Assembly: GCA_043228905.1 (NCBI GenBank)
Contig: JBHGNT010000018.1
Span: forward strand, 806,001-870,000
Length of the DNA stretch: 64,000 nucleotides
Direction of reading: 5' to 3'
Source of the DNA: Azolla caroliniana
Taxonomy: Eukaryota; Plantae; Polypodiophyta
The stretch's first letter is position 1, and the number at the start of each line of letters is the position of its first letter. Positions 25,640-39,037 of the stretch are shown piece by piece. The translations under genes and the position numbers were made by a program. The notes beneath the pieces were generated by a model that saw nothing but the letters and a program-made list of their open reading frames with translations, made no database searches and had not been told where the DNA came from.

Positions 25640-26813
25640 CCATCAATATGATTGTTATGATGGTAACCCACATGTAGCAACCTTCATAGCACACATGTTT
25701 ATGTGGGGAAATATGACATCAAATTTCACCATCTAGCTACCAAATACATACCAATATATGACATGTTTATGTGGGGATATGCTGACCATAAATGGTATAT
25801 TGACCCAATGATTGAGGAAATAAAGACACATTGGAAGTTGTGGGTGTTGGCTAAAAAAACGGTATTCAAATTAGAATGGGATCCAATTGATTATCAGTGG
25901 ACAGATCCTTTTACGGGTAACAAGTTTAATTTCTTCAAATATTCTGTACAGTTAGGAAGACATGTGCTTTCAAATACACGAGATGTGTTACCGATTGCAT
26001 TTCAATATTGGAATCAACAAGGTTTTACTCCCAAATTCCTTGCAAACTTCTGGGTTGTATTATGGGCAAGAAAACAACCACATCAAATTTTGCATGTACA
26101 ATGGTTACTTGTACACTGGGCCTTGCCGGTTGGCACATGGCTGCATAGGATGGGAGTAGATTCTACTTGTGCACGATGCCATTTACAAATGGAAACTCAA
26201 AAACATTACTTATGGGAATGCACTGAGTCTCAATTGATATGGCAACGTCTCCTTAGAATCTTTGCTAAGTATTTCCCCCCATTGGTTTTCACTTGGGGCA
26301 TGGTGGTTTGGACATCTCTTGTTCGTGATGCATTTCATTACGACACCGAATCTATGGACCATGGATTTTACACTAAATCTGGAAGAGTTCATACATTACC
26401 ATTGTTGTCATTACAGTTTACAGGAATACGAAAGGAAGTCCAACTAGTATGGGAGATACTGAGTAGTACCACTATATATCACATTTGGAAGGTTAAGTGC
26501 TCTCTCATTTTCCATCAGATTAAAACACCACCGGGCTTAAATGGTTTCAAATATTTGGTTAGACATAGTTCATACTTTGAAGGGACAAAGGGATGGTATT
26601 GTTGGAGATTCTGATGCTAAAATTGCTCAACAACATGAGTTTATCACTATATGGAAAGTTGCTCCATTCATGACAACCAATTGTGATAATCCTTATTGGC
26701 ATTTTCAACCTCCGAAATGGTTGTTTCCCCCACCGATCACATAGAATTTAAAATATTGTAAAAATGGTTACACTAATGACAGGATATCTTCTTTAAAAAT
26801 GGAAAAAAAAAAA
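25640..26813 (+). mobile_element. 5'-truncated L1-like LINE remnant (ORF2 C-terminal zinc-binding region) with A tail
   Basis: CARCHLQMETQKHYLWEC, YHIWKVKCSLIF, ends PPKWLFPPPIT*; A run at ~26803-26813; homologous to 46848-47605. Confidence 0.8.
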
Positions 26814-27524
26814 CCATAGTTAGCTCTCACATGCATGGTGGTGCTCTCCATCCATGCATTGGCCCAATCCATCATAATCATGCTATGCTAGTAAAACCAA
26901 ACAACCTTGGCCTTCATTGTTTATATTAAACATAAAAACAACTTGCTAGAAATATAATCAAATACTAAGAAATAAAAATTTGACACTTAATGTAAGCAAA
27001 AAATATCTCACATTGAACTAACTCACACACGTTAGGCTTGACAAACTTCTTTCGGGGTCTCCCCTCCCAACAATGTCTTTATCCTTGCACGCTTAATTGT
27101 TATGAGTCATGACCATCCAACCCCAAAACCTTTAAATGTTAGGGACCAAGCTCACAAATCACTGATTGGCATCACCTTACAATACCTACATGTCCACATG
27201 CATACGTGTTATATCACTTGTTGCAGAACTTCAACATGAGGCGAAAACCCATGAAGATGGTTTACGATATGCATACACGTGCATAAATAAGAACATACAA
27301 ACAGACATGCATGCATCGGTACATTTTTACATACATATATACCTACATATCTATGTACATGATAATATGGGATTGTCGGGGGAAAACCAATATGAGTTGG
27401 AAGTTCATTGCTTATAGTCCATCCATGTAGTTCATTGAGCTCAACAAGGTTATGCCAGACAAAAGCCAAATGAGCGAGGAAGGATAATTCGGTGCAAGGA
27501 AATCCACGAGGAACACATCCAAAA

Positions 27525-27673
27525 CATACACATACAAATACACACAGAAACATAGACACAGATACATGCACATGCAGATATACACATACAAATATAGATA
27601 CACACACACACATGTAGATAGACATAGACATAGACATAGACACATGGACATGGACATAGACATGGACATGGAC

Positions 27674-27728
<55 letters not shown>

Positions 27729-27760
27729 TGCATATGCATACGCATACTCTATGCATACTC

Positions 27761-27797
<37 letters not shown>

Positions 27798-27835
27798 TGC
27801 ATATGCATATGCATACGCATACTCTATGCATACTC

Positions 27836-27884
<49 letters not shown>

Positions 27885-27922
27885 TGCATATGCATATGCA
27901 TACGCATACTCTATGCATACTC

Positions 27923-27977
<55 letters not shown>

Positions 27978-27981
27978 TACA
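27525..27981. repeat. Compound hexamer microsatellite (CATAGA/CATGGA/CACATA) with a higher-order unit repeated three times
   Basis: Read directly from the sequence. Confidence 0.92.
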
Positions 27982-29101
27982 ATGAAATTGTTGATCATGA
28001 AATGAGTCGATTTATCATCGAGTGTTAGATTTTATATGTAGTTTTAAGGGGGAGGATGAGGAACAGAGAACTTCTGGCTAGGGTTTGAACGCTCGACGAC
28101 TCTGCTCTGCTTCATATCGCGATCTCCTCCTCCTTCTTCTCTTTATTGTGTGGTTCTTGGCAAAGATTTTCGTCATATATATATATATATTGCACAACAA
28201 CGAAGAAGAAGAAGCTGATCCTGACGTTGACGTTGACGATCTGATCGCTCTCCCACACAGAAGACAGGTTCATTCATCTCTGCTTCTCGTTTAAGAATTT
28301 TGTCCTTAGAAGACGTTAATATATCTTTCTTTCTTTCTTTCTCGCAATCTCTCGATTTATAACCTTTAGATATGGAAATATGCGTACTTTTTTTCTCAGT
28401 TGAAACAGTAATTCTCTGAGCATCTCCTGTCGATCTAAAAATATGAAAACCAATGGCGTATTTTTTGTGAATTCTCAAGTTATACCGTTGTAGGAATTGA
28501 TAAGATTGAATCTAACCATACCTTGCCTGGTTTTCCTGCAAACGGATTTTAGTTCGTTATCCATTTAAGTAAATTTTTAGTATATCAGTTGTAAGACTTG
28601 ACGGATTTGAAGACAAAAAAACATAGTTTTTTAGCTGATTTTCTAGCAAGTTGATCCTTATAATCTGATTCTCCTAGTCCGTTTTGTTGATTTTCTTGAA
28701 AATTGATCCTTGTATATTTCGATCTGCATTCAGTTGTGTATTACAGTCTCTTTCAGATCCTTATTCATTGATGGAATAATTTGACTATACCATTGTAAGA
28801 GTTGATGGATTTGAAGCCAAACATAGTTTTATAACTCATTTTCCTGGAAATTTATGTTTCTATTATTAAATTTGTTTATCCAGTTCGGTATATCAGATCC
28901 TTGTTCATTTTAACTTAATTCAGTTGTTTGTGAATGAGATTCTTAATACTTATTCATTGAAGCATTAACTTGATTTTGAATCCAGTTGTGACATATATAT
29001 CAAAGTTCCCCGAATCCTTATCCTTTGAAGCAATACTTTCATTTTGCAAATTTCTACCAAAGGTATAATTTTTGTATGATTCAGAACCTCATTCATTGGT
29101 G

Positions 29102-30260
29102 ATGGCTCAATGGTGGCATGCTAGTCCACACTATCACGCTGTTCACCAAGATTTGGCATCATACAGCACGTTACACAATGTGAAAACCTTATGTACAATG
29201 GCGGCACGGTCTTTCCTCTCTAATACTCTGGTTTGGGAGGATTTCATTTTTGGACCATGTTTGGATAAGCCATTTTCTCCTTCAAGGCGATTGATTATCA
29301 CTTGTTTTTGTGACGACGACCCACATTTCCCTGAGCATGTGTTCGAAAAGGACAGTAATATGATGAGCCTAAGGACAAAGCTAGAGATGAGATATAGTCC
29401 ATGGGCAATTAGCATGATGGATGGTCTTGGAAAGCGAGATAAAAGGATGGTTAAAAAAGAGTTCACTGGAGGGCCGACTGGGGGCGGTAATGGAAGGAAT
29501 GATGATGGTGGTGAAGGTGGTGGCGGTGATGGAGACGAAGATGGAGATGAGGATATATATATCCTTCCTCTCTTAACGATTGCTTTTGCCGCTTTCCAAT
29601 TAGGTTATTGTGTTGCCGTGTGGATGAAAGACGAGAAATCGGACTTCAAATTCTTCCAGATTGGTATTGGTCTCTTTCTTTTGCTTACTTTGACTGCAAT
29701 TCGGTTGAATAGGTAAGCACACTATTGCTTTTACATTGTTCTGTTTTATTTATTTGCCTGAATATATGATATTTTTTATACATTGTGGGTTTTATCCTCT
29801 TCACATTATACATATATATGTATGTATGTATGTGTGTATGTATGTTTTGAAATCCTTTTTATTTTGATATTCTGTTTAAAAATCATTTTCACCATCACTT
29901 GTAAAACGCTTTGCAGCCAAACTGGATTGGATGCATATATATTAGGTTTGGGTGCCTCTCTCGGAGTAATGCTATGGACAGGTACTTAAAGAGTTATTTT
30001 CATCTAAATACGGTTTCTATTTTGTCATTCTCAATACTCATGTCATTTGTTGTGTATATATATCAAATCCAGTTATGATTATATAGTATGTTAGAAGGCT
30101 TTAAGATTGCAAACTCATTTAAGTGTTTCTTAATACTTCAGGTGAACGATGTTTAATGAGAAAAGGAGGGTCTGCTGGAATAGTCACTCTATTTTCAGGA
30201 ATTATGGTGGCCATATTTACACGTGCTTTATATGAAAATTTATTATGGAAAGGATGGTAA
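29102..30260 (+). CDS. Divergent FAX/TMEM14-like membrane protein; exons 29102-29712, 29917-29981, 30142-30260; ~264 aa
   Basis: Phase-compatible GT-AG introns; long N-terminal extension, Gly/Asp-rich linker, four hydrophobic helices with LGLGASLG and AGIVTLFSGIM resembling the FAX C-terminus; probable 5' UTR exon near 28070-28267. Confidence 0.72.
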
Positions 30261-32748
30261 AAATAGCTGCCTACCGAATATTATCAATGGATGGATTGAT
30301 TGATTGGTTGGTTGGTTGGTTAGTTGGGCACTCATGTAAAGCTTGGTGGTGTAAAAAAAAACACTGACGCAAGAAAGAACCTGAAAAAATCTGGCTTTGT
30401 AAATAGGCGAAAAAAGCCAGGGTTGGATTTGATTGGATTGGATTAAATTGTGGAGTAGTTTATAGGTTGACTCAAAATTGTTCTACAGTGCAATGTTTTT
30501 ATTGCACCCTCAAAAAGCTGAAGTGCTAATGTACATGATTGAGGAAAGGAAAAAAGGTATATTTCAAAGGAAGTATATGTATATGTATACAATGCTCATG
30601 GATATAAAAATCTTAGAATCTAAGGTTTCAGTCTGTTTCACATTTGATTTGTTGGTGGCCATAGGAGTTAATCCTTGTTTGGAACAAAATGAACAAAGTT
30701 GCAGAGTCCAACAGTTGAATGGATGGTCAAACATACACGGGACTATGAATATAGTTCAAGTGCTTGTTTCATAGTAATGCCCAGATATTGTTGAGTTAAT
30801 TTTGGGAAACTATGAAAGTACCATTGAGTGTAGTAATGAATATATGCAGCTAAGCATATTTTTCAGAGGCCCATAAAGGTGATGTATTCACAACCTGATG
30901 GTCATGGTGGCTGCATAGGGGTGCTTTCATGAAAGTATTGTGGAATAGAGAGAGAGATATGATTAAATGGCTTCAATCTTGAGATCTCTAAAAATGGGAT
31001 TATGTTGGCAGGATATCCTTTTGATAGTTAATAATGGATATTTTTGAAAGATTGTGATGTGAGTCAAATTGTGTAGGTTATGTTAGAACTAGACAAGTGA
31101 TTCGTCATTCATGGAGTCTATGTCAAGGCAAAATGTATAGCTGAATACTTTGAAAAGCTAGAGTTCGCTGAAATAGTTGCAACTGACATTGACCTAATTA
31201 AAATTTTTTGAGATATTGAGAGATACATGACTTCATAGACTTTGAACAAATAGATTGAATCGCGAAAATAGTAGGATATGTTGAAAATTGAAATAGTATG
31301 GAATCCAAATGCTTAAATAAATAATATGAAAGTATTGACTTGGATTCCATGATGCTCTTCAATTGATATACAAGTCTGTAATACTCTGTGACATTATTAT
31401 TATGGAAATTATTTCTTGTATCTAAATGTGATGGCACATATACAATGTTAGTTTCTTATTTAGTTGATGCAATAACTTGAGTGTTTTACATGAATATGCT
31501 TTAAGTTTGGAAAAATATAGTGGATGAACGTCAAGTATCAAGTTCAAATTATTATTGCTGTTTGGTGGATATTCTTGGTGCATATCATTGTTTGGGTGAT
31601 ATATTGAAGGTATTATGTGAGTTAAAGTTTCTTGTTGTTGTATCACAACATGTTAAAGTTAAACATGACGAGGACCACAATAAAGAGTGAGGGAGGAGTA
31701 GAATGGTGGCGAACTAATGAGAGTGAGTGTGAGCGTGAGAGAAGGAAGTCACAAAATATGGATCCAATAACTCTATTTCTCACATCATCCTCCCTTGACC
31801 ACGGATCAACCAATATGCTTATATGACATTAGAAACACACAAGCATGACATGTGCATGAATGAGGTTACCTACAGTATTTGAATGTAGATGCATACACTA
31901 GATGGGTGTAGATGGTAGAGGCAATTCCTATATATATGTATAAAGATGGATTTTGGAACTCCTAGTTGCATGCAACCTTCTGGGGGGAGATTGTTGTGAC
32001 TAGGACACTAATGAAAACGCTAGTTGGGTAGATTACCATCTCGCGGTATCTAATACTATCCACACTAAGGACAGGCCAAGTGAGCTAAGGGCAATGCCAC
32101 TTTCTAGACTTGTATTGAACATCCAATGTACTATAGGCCCACGAAGTAAATCTTTCAACCTCTAGGGTCCTCATAGAGAGATATACGACTATAAGGTTGT
32201 TATATAATATATTACACAAATTATATAACAATCTTATGGTCGTCTGTCTCTATATGAGGATTGTAATTGTGGTGAGATCTTGAGATAGATTCAGTCTAGA
32301 TATTCTAGTATGTATGGCGATTGCTCTCAACATGTCATCTAATGTCAGTGCATAACAATCCCTCATTGCCCTTTCTCTTGAACCCAATGGGTTGCTCCAT
32401 ATACACCTCCTCAAGATACACATGGAGAAAAGTTGTTTTTACATTTATCTCTTTCGTCTTCATATCCTCCATTGATTGCAAGCAACAATTGCAACATCAT
32501 CATGTTTACAATTTTGAGAGAAAATTTAATCAAAATCTACTCAAGTGGTGGTTGTTGAGTTGAATCCTTTGGTGACAAAGCTGCAATTTATATGGTCACA
32601 CGTGTATAGTTCGTAGATCCATTTTTGGTAAGAAAAGATGAATGCTTCAAAACTTGTTGAACAAATTGCTACATTGCTACATCGTCATAGAAGCAACTAC
32701 TACCTCAACAAGTTGAGCAAGCATATTGCCTACTCAGTCCTTGCACCT

Positions 32749-33135
32749 TTACCAATATGTGTATGTGCAATAATGGCACATGTTTTTTCTTATTGTGTGT
32801 ATGAGGAGGGGGGTGCCATTTGGGTGTGTGTGTGTAATCACGTATGTGCTATGTTCGTTGTGATGGGCAACACTTGTTCAGCCATCTTCTTACCAATGTG
32901 TGTGTGCAATAATGGCACACGTTTTTTCTTACTGTGTGTATGAGGAGGGGGGTGTCGTTTGGGTGTGTGTGTGTGTAATCACGTATGTGCTATGTTCGTC
33001 GTGATGGGCAACACTTGTTCATCCATCTTCTTACCAATGTGTGTGTGCAATAATGGCACATGTTTTTTCTTACTGTGTGTATGAGGGGGGTGTCGTTTGG
33101 GTGTGTGTGTGTAATCACATACGTGTTATGTTCGT
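32749..33135. repeat. ~141-bp tandem repeat, about 2.7 copies
   Basis: Units start near 32749, 32890 and 33031 (TTACCAAT..GTGCAATAATGGCAC). Confidence 0.9.
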
Positions 33136-34098
33136 ATGCAAGGCTTGACATCGAGGCTCATGAGACCAATGTTGAGCAATGACAAGTGCAACCATTGCTA
33201 CATCGATATAGGGGCAATTACTACTTCAAAAAGTTAAGCAAGCTTGTTACATGATCTCATCCTTGCACATTTCCCTAAGCAATCGCTCCTCTCCTCGTGA
33301 CAAGAAACACTTCTTCATCCCTCTTCATCCCTAGCTAGGTCTAAATTTATTTACCTTCGCTAAGGACAATGTACATTTATGAATCAACCTTAGATAGGGC
33401 CAATCTAGGAGTAGTCCTAGTTCCAATTTAGGGTAGACCCTAGGGATTATTTGGGGGGTTATGCCTAGGGCCAATTAAGGATTTGATCCGAGGATGAATT
33501 GGAATACTGAACATAGCTAGTGTCAACTTCTTCCCAAACGATGGAGGAAGGGAAAAAATAACACATTTGGCACATGAACTTTTGCATCCAAATTTCCTTA
33601 GATCGATGGGAGTGTGGGTCATTAGTGGTAGTGTCAATCAATCAGAAGCGTAGGTTCAAATCCCCCTTGGTTAAAAGTAGTGTGTTTCTTTTCTAACTTG
33701 CACAAATTGTTTTCCCTTTTGAGCATGCACCAATCCTTATCCTTGCATAGGCCTTTGTTTTCTACACAATGTTTGACAATGTATTCACATTCACCACACG
33801 CTTCCTTCTCACAACTTATGCCTTGTATTTCCTATTTTAGCTTCATTGTGTTATTTCGTCAAAGCTTTTGGTTTGAATCCTCAAAATGTTGAACCCGATA
33901 ATGCGCTCTCTTGATCATTATAGAGTTGACGAGAATTCTATTCTCGAAGGAAAGTTATGTTATCTCTTTTTTAACATTCAACAATGGTTTCCCTCTTTAT
34001 TCTTGCTTGTGTTTTGGCACAATTGCTCAAAATTAGTGTATTGGGCCTGGATGTCGAGCCTTACATGCAAATATAACACATACTGCTGACTTATATAT

Positions 34099-34150
<52 letters not shown>

Positions 34151-35817
34151 CACCCACAAATACATTGTTAAGAAAAAACATACATTATCACAGAAACACA
34201 CATACATCCAAACACACTTTCAAAACAAAACAAAACTATAATGATGCTTGCGAATGCACACTTACTTGTATTTCAATTCCACACACACACTCCATAATTA
34301 AACCAATTTTTTTTAGCTATATTACATATCCACTCATGCAAAAGTGTACACATCACACTTGTAACAAGCACAAATACAATCACAATATACACAACATATA
34401 AATATATACATCTATAAGGGTACAACAAACTCCACTACTCGACTCTAAGTTGTATTGTTTTTGTTGCTAAGTATTGCCAAACTTCTTTCACACTCATCTA
34501 AGTTTTCAGTCCAAGATTGAAAATTGACATAATTTTCTAGATGTATGCAAACGTTGACTTCCCCAGCTCGTCTAATTGGATCAATGTTAGGGGGTCCCTT
34601 TTTAACATTGATTTCCATAGTCTCAATTGGATCAAAACATAGTGGATTTGATTTTTCCATAAAGAGAAGTTGGTTCCATCAAACTTAGGGACTTTCAAAC
34701 CTTTGTTTCCTTGTAGATATCCATTTCAAACTATAAGTAATTACAGTCCTACCTCAACCAAACTCTTGTCTTGACTCAAGGACTAGTTGCTCAACCATGT
34801 GTCCTCCTCTTCTTTGTTTTTTGTGCATGTGGCATATGCTCCTTAATAGTAGTCATCCAAGTCTTATCCTTATATCTAATGCTGCCTCAACCAAACTTGT
34901 AGCTATAATACCACTTATTACAGTTGCCAAACATGTTACACTACAATATGAGACCATTGTACAGTGCCCTAACATAATATCATTGATTGTAGATGTTAGT
35001 TGGAATTTTTGCCATATGTCAAAACCAAATTGATGGCAAGATTGAAAAGCATATAAAAAGTATTTTGTGACCAACAAAAGGAGAGTTAAAGAGAAACAAT
35101 AGGTAGAACAAAATGCTTGGAGTGGTCACAATTCATTAGTACGATATTTATCACTATTTTACAACAATAAACAATATAATGTAAGAGTTGTCGCAGATTA
35201 ACTCCTTTTATAATTTGGGCTAGCCAATTCACCCACATTTGCCAACTAGCCTTTCTACTCAATTTGTATTATTTACAAAACTTCGTTGGATATTGTGTGA
35301 GATACTCCATTAGCACCCTTTCCTCACTACTTGTTAGTCTTCTCGCATGTACCCATCTCGTTTGTGATCTATTAAACCAAGTGAAATGTACCTTCTTGTT
35401 CCTCACAAAGGTCTTTGAAGATAAAATAAATTACTCAAACCAATTGTTTCATAACATTAATGATAGAAAGCAAGTACTTGTTTCCAAAGTCACATTTCTC
35501 CCAACGATATCTTATAATATTTGACGTTACTTTAGAAATTCAAAGGGTTACATTTACATCCTCAAAGGTTAAAAAAATGTATATTAAATATATGCATTGA
35601 TTATCGATCATAATTTGTAACTATAAGAGAATGAAGATAAGCCAATATTGCTCATACGATTCCTTGTAGATGAGAGATTGCTAATCATTGTGAGCTTTTA
35701 TAAAAATGGAGTCTAAACAAGAAGGGAGGGAAAAACTCAAATCAAGAATAAAAAGCATGAGAATGTAAATGAAAGAAACAATAACATCAATAAAGTGAAT
35801 ATCCAATATGGGATCGA

Positions 35818-35990
35818 CCCGATGCTGATTCTGTGGTGTATGCTAGCGGAGAGATTGATAGACCTATGGAGCAAGTCAAAAAATTTGCATGAATGTGTAC
35901 TTTCCCGATGTTGATTCTATGGTGTATGCTAGAGGAGAGATTGATAGACCTATGGACCAAGTCAAAATAATAGCATGAATGTGTACTTTC
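35818..35990. repeat. ~86-bp tandem duplication
   Basis: CCGATG..GATAGACCTATGGA..GTGTACTTTC occurs twice. Confidence 0.88.
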
Positions 35991-38806
35991 AAACATGAGG
36001 CTCACATTGAGGGTATGTGGTCAAGTAATCATGTGCTCATCGGATGATGCGGTGATTATGGTCTTTTTTTTTGTTGATTCCTTTATACATGTTGGTCTCT
36101 TTGTAGCCATGCACGTTGCCATGTAAGATATGAGTTGTATATTATCCTATGTACATTGACTTAACTAATGGAAGTAGTACTTTTTTTTGGAAAAGAAAAA
36201 AAAAAGGGGGCAAAGCCCAAATTACATGTTTTTGTATGCACATTCAATGCATTCCCATGGGGTGGAATAACGAATAAGCAAGCACCCGGGACGACATATT
36301 ATCATTTAATGCGAATTTGATTCTAGAATAGAATTTTGGTTTCTAGGTTTTTTCGGCTATGATAGTGCCTCAAGTTAAATTATACATCCCAAAATGAGTA
36401 TTTCCCTAATGAGGACATGAAGATAATGATACACTTTTCTTATTTAGGACATAATTATATCTATCTAGTTCACAGATGTGGTTTGTTATTTTGTCATTTA
36501 TGCATATCACAAGCATACTATATAACCAAGTTGGAAGCAAGTAGTGGTTCATTGGAAATGGAATTGGCACAATTTGCAAAAATGAAGGTTTTTTTGCTTT
36601 GAACCTTCATCATAAGGATACATAGAATGAGTAAGCGAGTAAAGTTTAATGACTTCATGAATTTCTCAAACAAGCCCAATCAAACCCATTGTTCATGAAT
36701 AAGCAAGAGGCTACATGTTATACAAGAGCTAATCGATCATATTAATATATATTAAAGGTTGGACAAGTTAAAGCATTATGCAATTAGTTGTGTGACTTCT
36801 ATGTGTCAACCAATCCGTCTTGATTTGGCGAAATCATTCATTCTATGTCCAAGAAGTTTGTAAAACAAGCCAAAACGATCTCAAAAGACGCAAGTAAACG
36901 GTCAAATAGTTTTATTTTTTACTTCATGAAATGACTAGCAATATGTATTGTTACGTGAGTCAAATAAATGATGGACGCTTAGGTATAGGAATGATCTTTT
37001 GGTTTGAGTACACAACAATTCATTTTGTTATTTGATAGTGTACAAAACACATTGTTCATGGTATTGTGAAAACAAAGACATGTACACATAAAAAACTACC
37101 TAAATTCCTATCCATTGGTAATATTATAATTGCTTGAGTTCCATATATATCATATAATGAAAACATTAATATGTGTTATTGCTACAAAAGCTTTAAATAT
37201 GAATGGCTGCAACTTGCACTAGGATATTGGTTTCTTAATTGTACACTCCTTCATTTTAATGTACACCCAAGGTATTGAAATGTGCCATGGCCCTTAACCA
37301 TGTTGTTCATTGCATGATATTTCTTTGTTGATTTGACTAGTTCTTATTTGATAAAAATGAGCGTCCGCATGAATGAGTGATTTAAAGCGATCTGTTAGAG
37401 TTTCTTGTCTTTGGATGTGTCCCTTGACTAGTGTCTCAAGAATTTTCAATTTGTGGATGGAGAAGTGCAATGCACATGACGTATAGTCTCTCAACCTTGA
37501 ATGTTGCTACATTTTCACTATTGCATGTGCATATTTTGTGTCTATACAAATGCAACCAATAGATCTATCTCGCCTAGATGTCAAGCTACGAATGGCATGT
37601 TAAATATTGTACCACACCCATTGATTGTAAATAGTAAAGTATGATTCATGTGTTTTGTAGGGCAACTACTATAACTTGAGTTCACCTTTGTAACACCACC
37701 TTAAGTGTCATGTCAACCGCTAGTGAATAGCTTGAGCTTGTAGGCATTTTTTTAACGTAGATATTAACGATTTGTGTTCTTTTCTCTCGAGGAAAGCATT
37801 ACAAATTCTCGAGAATATTATGATATAGGGCATGGTTGTGCGTACATTTGTGTGTGTGTGTTCTTTGATTGAGTCAAATGGACTCATAAATTACTAGTGG
37901 TTGGCCATAAAAGACCCTTTTTTAGTTGATGAAACATAACCAAGGCGTATGTATATTGTATGGTGTCCTAAGTAACGCATGAAGTGTGAAAGCAAATTCA
38001 ATGTAAAGGTGATATTACTAGTAAGTAAGGGAATAAATAAAAAAGAGGAATAGAACAAAGGAAGTATTTAGGAAGTTGTTATAGGAGGCTATAATAGCCT
38101 TTAGGTGTTGGGTAGTTTTCTTCCTTTCTTCTTCTCACTATTATAATTATTGTGCTTCAATATATTAGGTAAGATGAAAAATTAGGATGTGGGTTTTGGT
38201 GCTCAATTCATTTTTTGCCAACTATAATTTGTGTGAATTAGGTTAGAGGAAGCCATCATAACATTGCTTCCATAAGTTCTCTTTCTCTCTCCCTCCCTCT
38301 CTATTTATGCAATAGCCTATTACATTGAGGGATAGATTAATCAATCTAGCTAGCTATGTATGTAGATAGTTGGTCTCTTGTATATTAAATATTCTACATT
38401 ATATCCATCATTAATGAATCCATTAGATCGTAGCCCACCAATCATTGTAAATGCAACTCTTCAATGATCTTCCCTTAGTTGGAATCTTAACACCAATGTT
38501 ATTGTTATTCTATATACCATGCATTGCCCTTGTCTCATTGTTGTATATTCAATTGCATTAGCAAGCATAGTTATGTAATGAGTTTGTTGAGCACCAATTT
38601 TAGTGAGCCATTACAATCAAAGACACATACATATCTATAATGTCATTATAAGGCTTTCTAGACAAACTCGTGATCCATCAATCAGGGATTAAATCATATA
38701 TCATCATGATACATTCACACATATATTTATGTGCCAATTAATTCCAAACTTGTGGGTTGCTCGAGTAACAAAATCAATTCATGTAAGTTGGGACGACGCC
38801 GATAAA

Positions 38807-38936
38807 TTTCCGATTAATCCCTTGATCAATTGATACAATGAAATGTGTGATTAAGAATGATTCAATAAACTTTTCCGATTAATCCCTTGATCGATTGATA
38901 CAATGAGATGCGTGATTAAGAATGATTCAATAAACT
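38807..38936. repeat. ~65-bp tandem duplication upstream of the GT47 gene
   Basis: TTTCCGATTAATCCCTTGATC...CAATAAACT occurs twice. Confidence 0.88.
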
Positions 38937-39037
38937 AGAACTAATTAATTAGTGGAAAACGTTATGGTATAGTTGATAATTGAATGAGAAAGGCCAAAGA
39001 GGGAGGAGAGGGTAGCCGTTGGATTGCAATTGATCAA

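Noticed and set aside
27209-28005. ORFs of poly-MC, HI, VY and HT dipeptides; CRISPR-like periodicity
   Set aside because: Microsatellite translation; spacers are simple repeats and there are no cas genes.
31982-32300. GGGGGGAGAT-TGTTG, a PPT/LTR-like junction
   Set aside because: No partner LTR, clear end or coding remnant found.
33608-33675. tRNA/SINE-like B box GGTTCAAATCC
   Set aside because: No cloverleaf, tail or TSD could be established.
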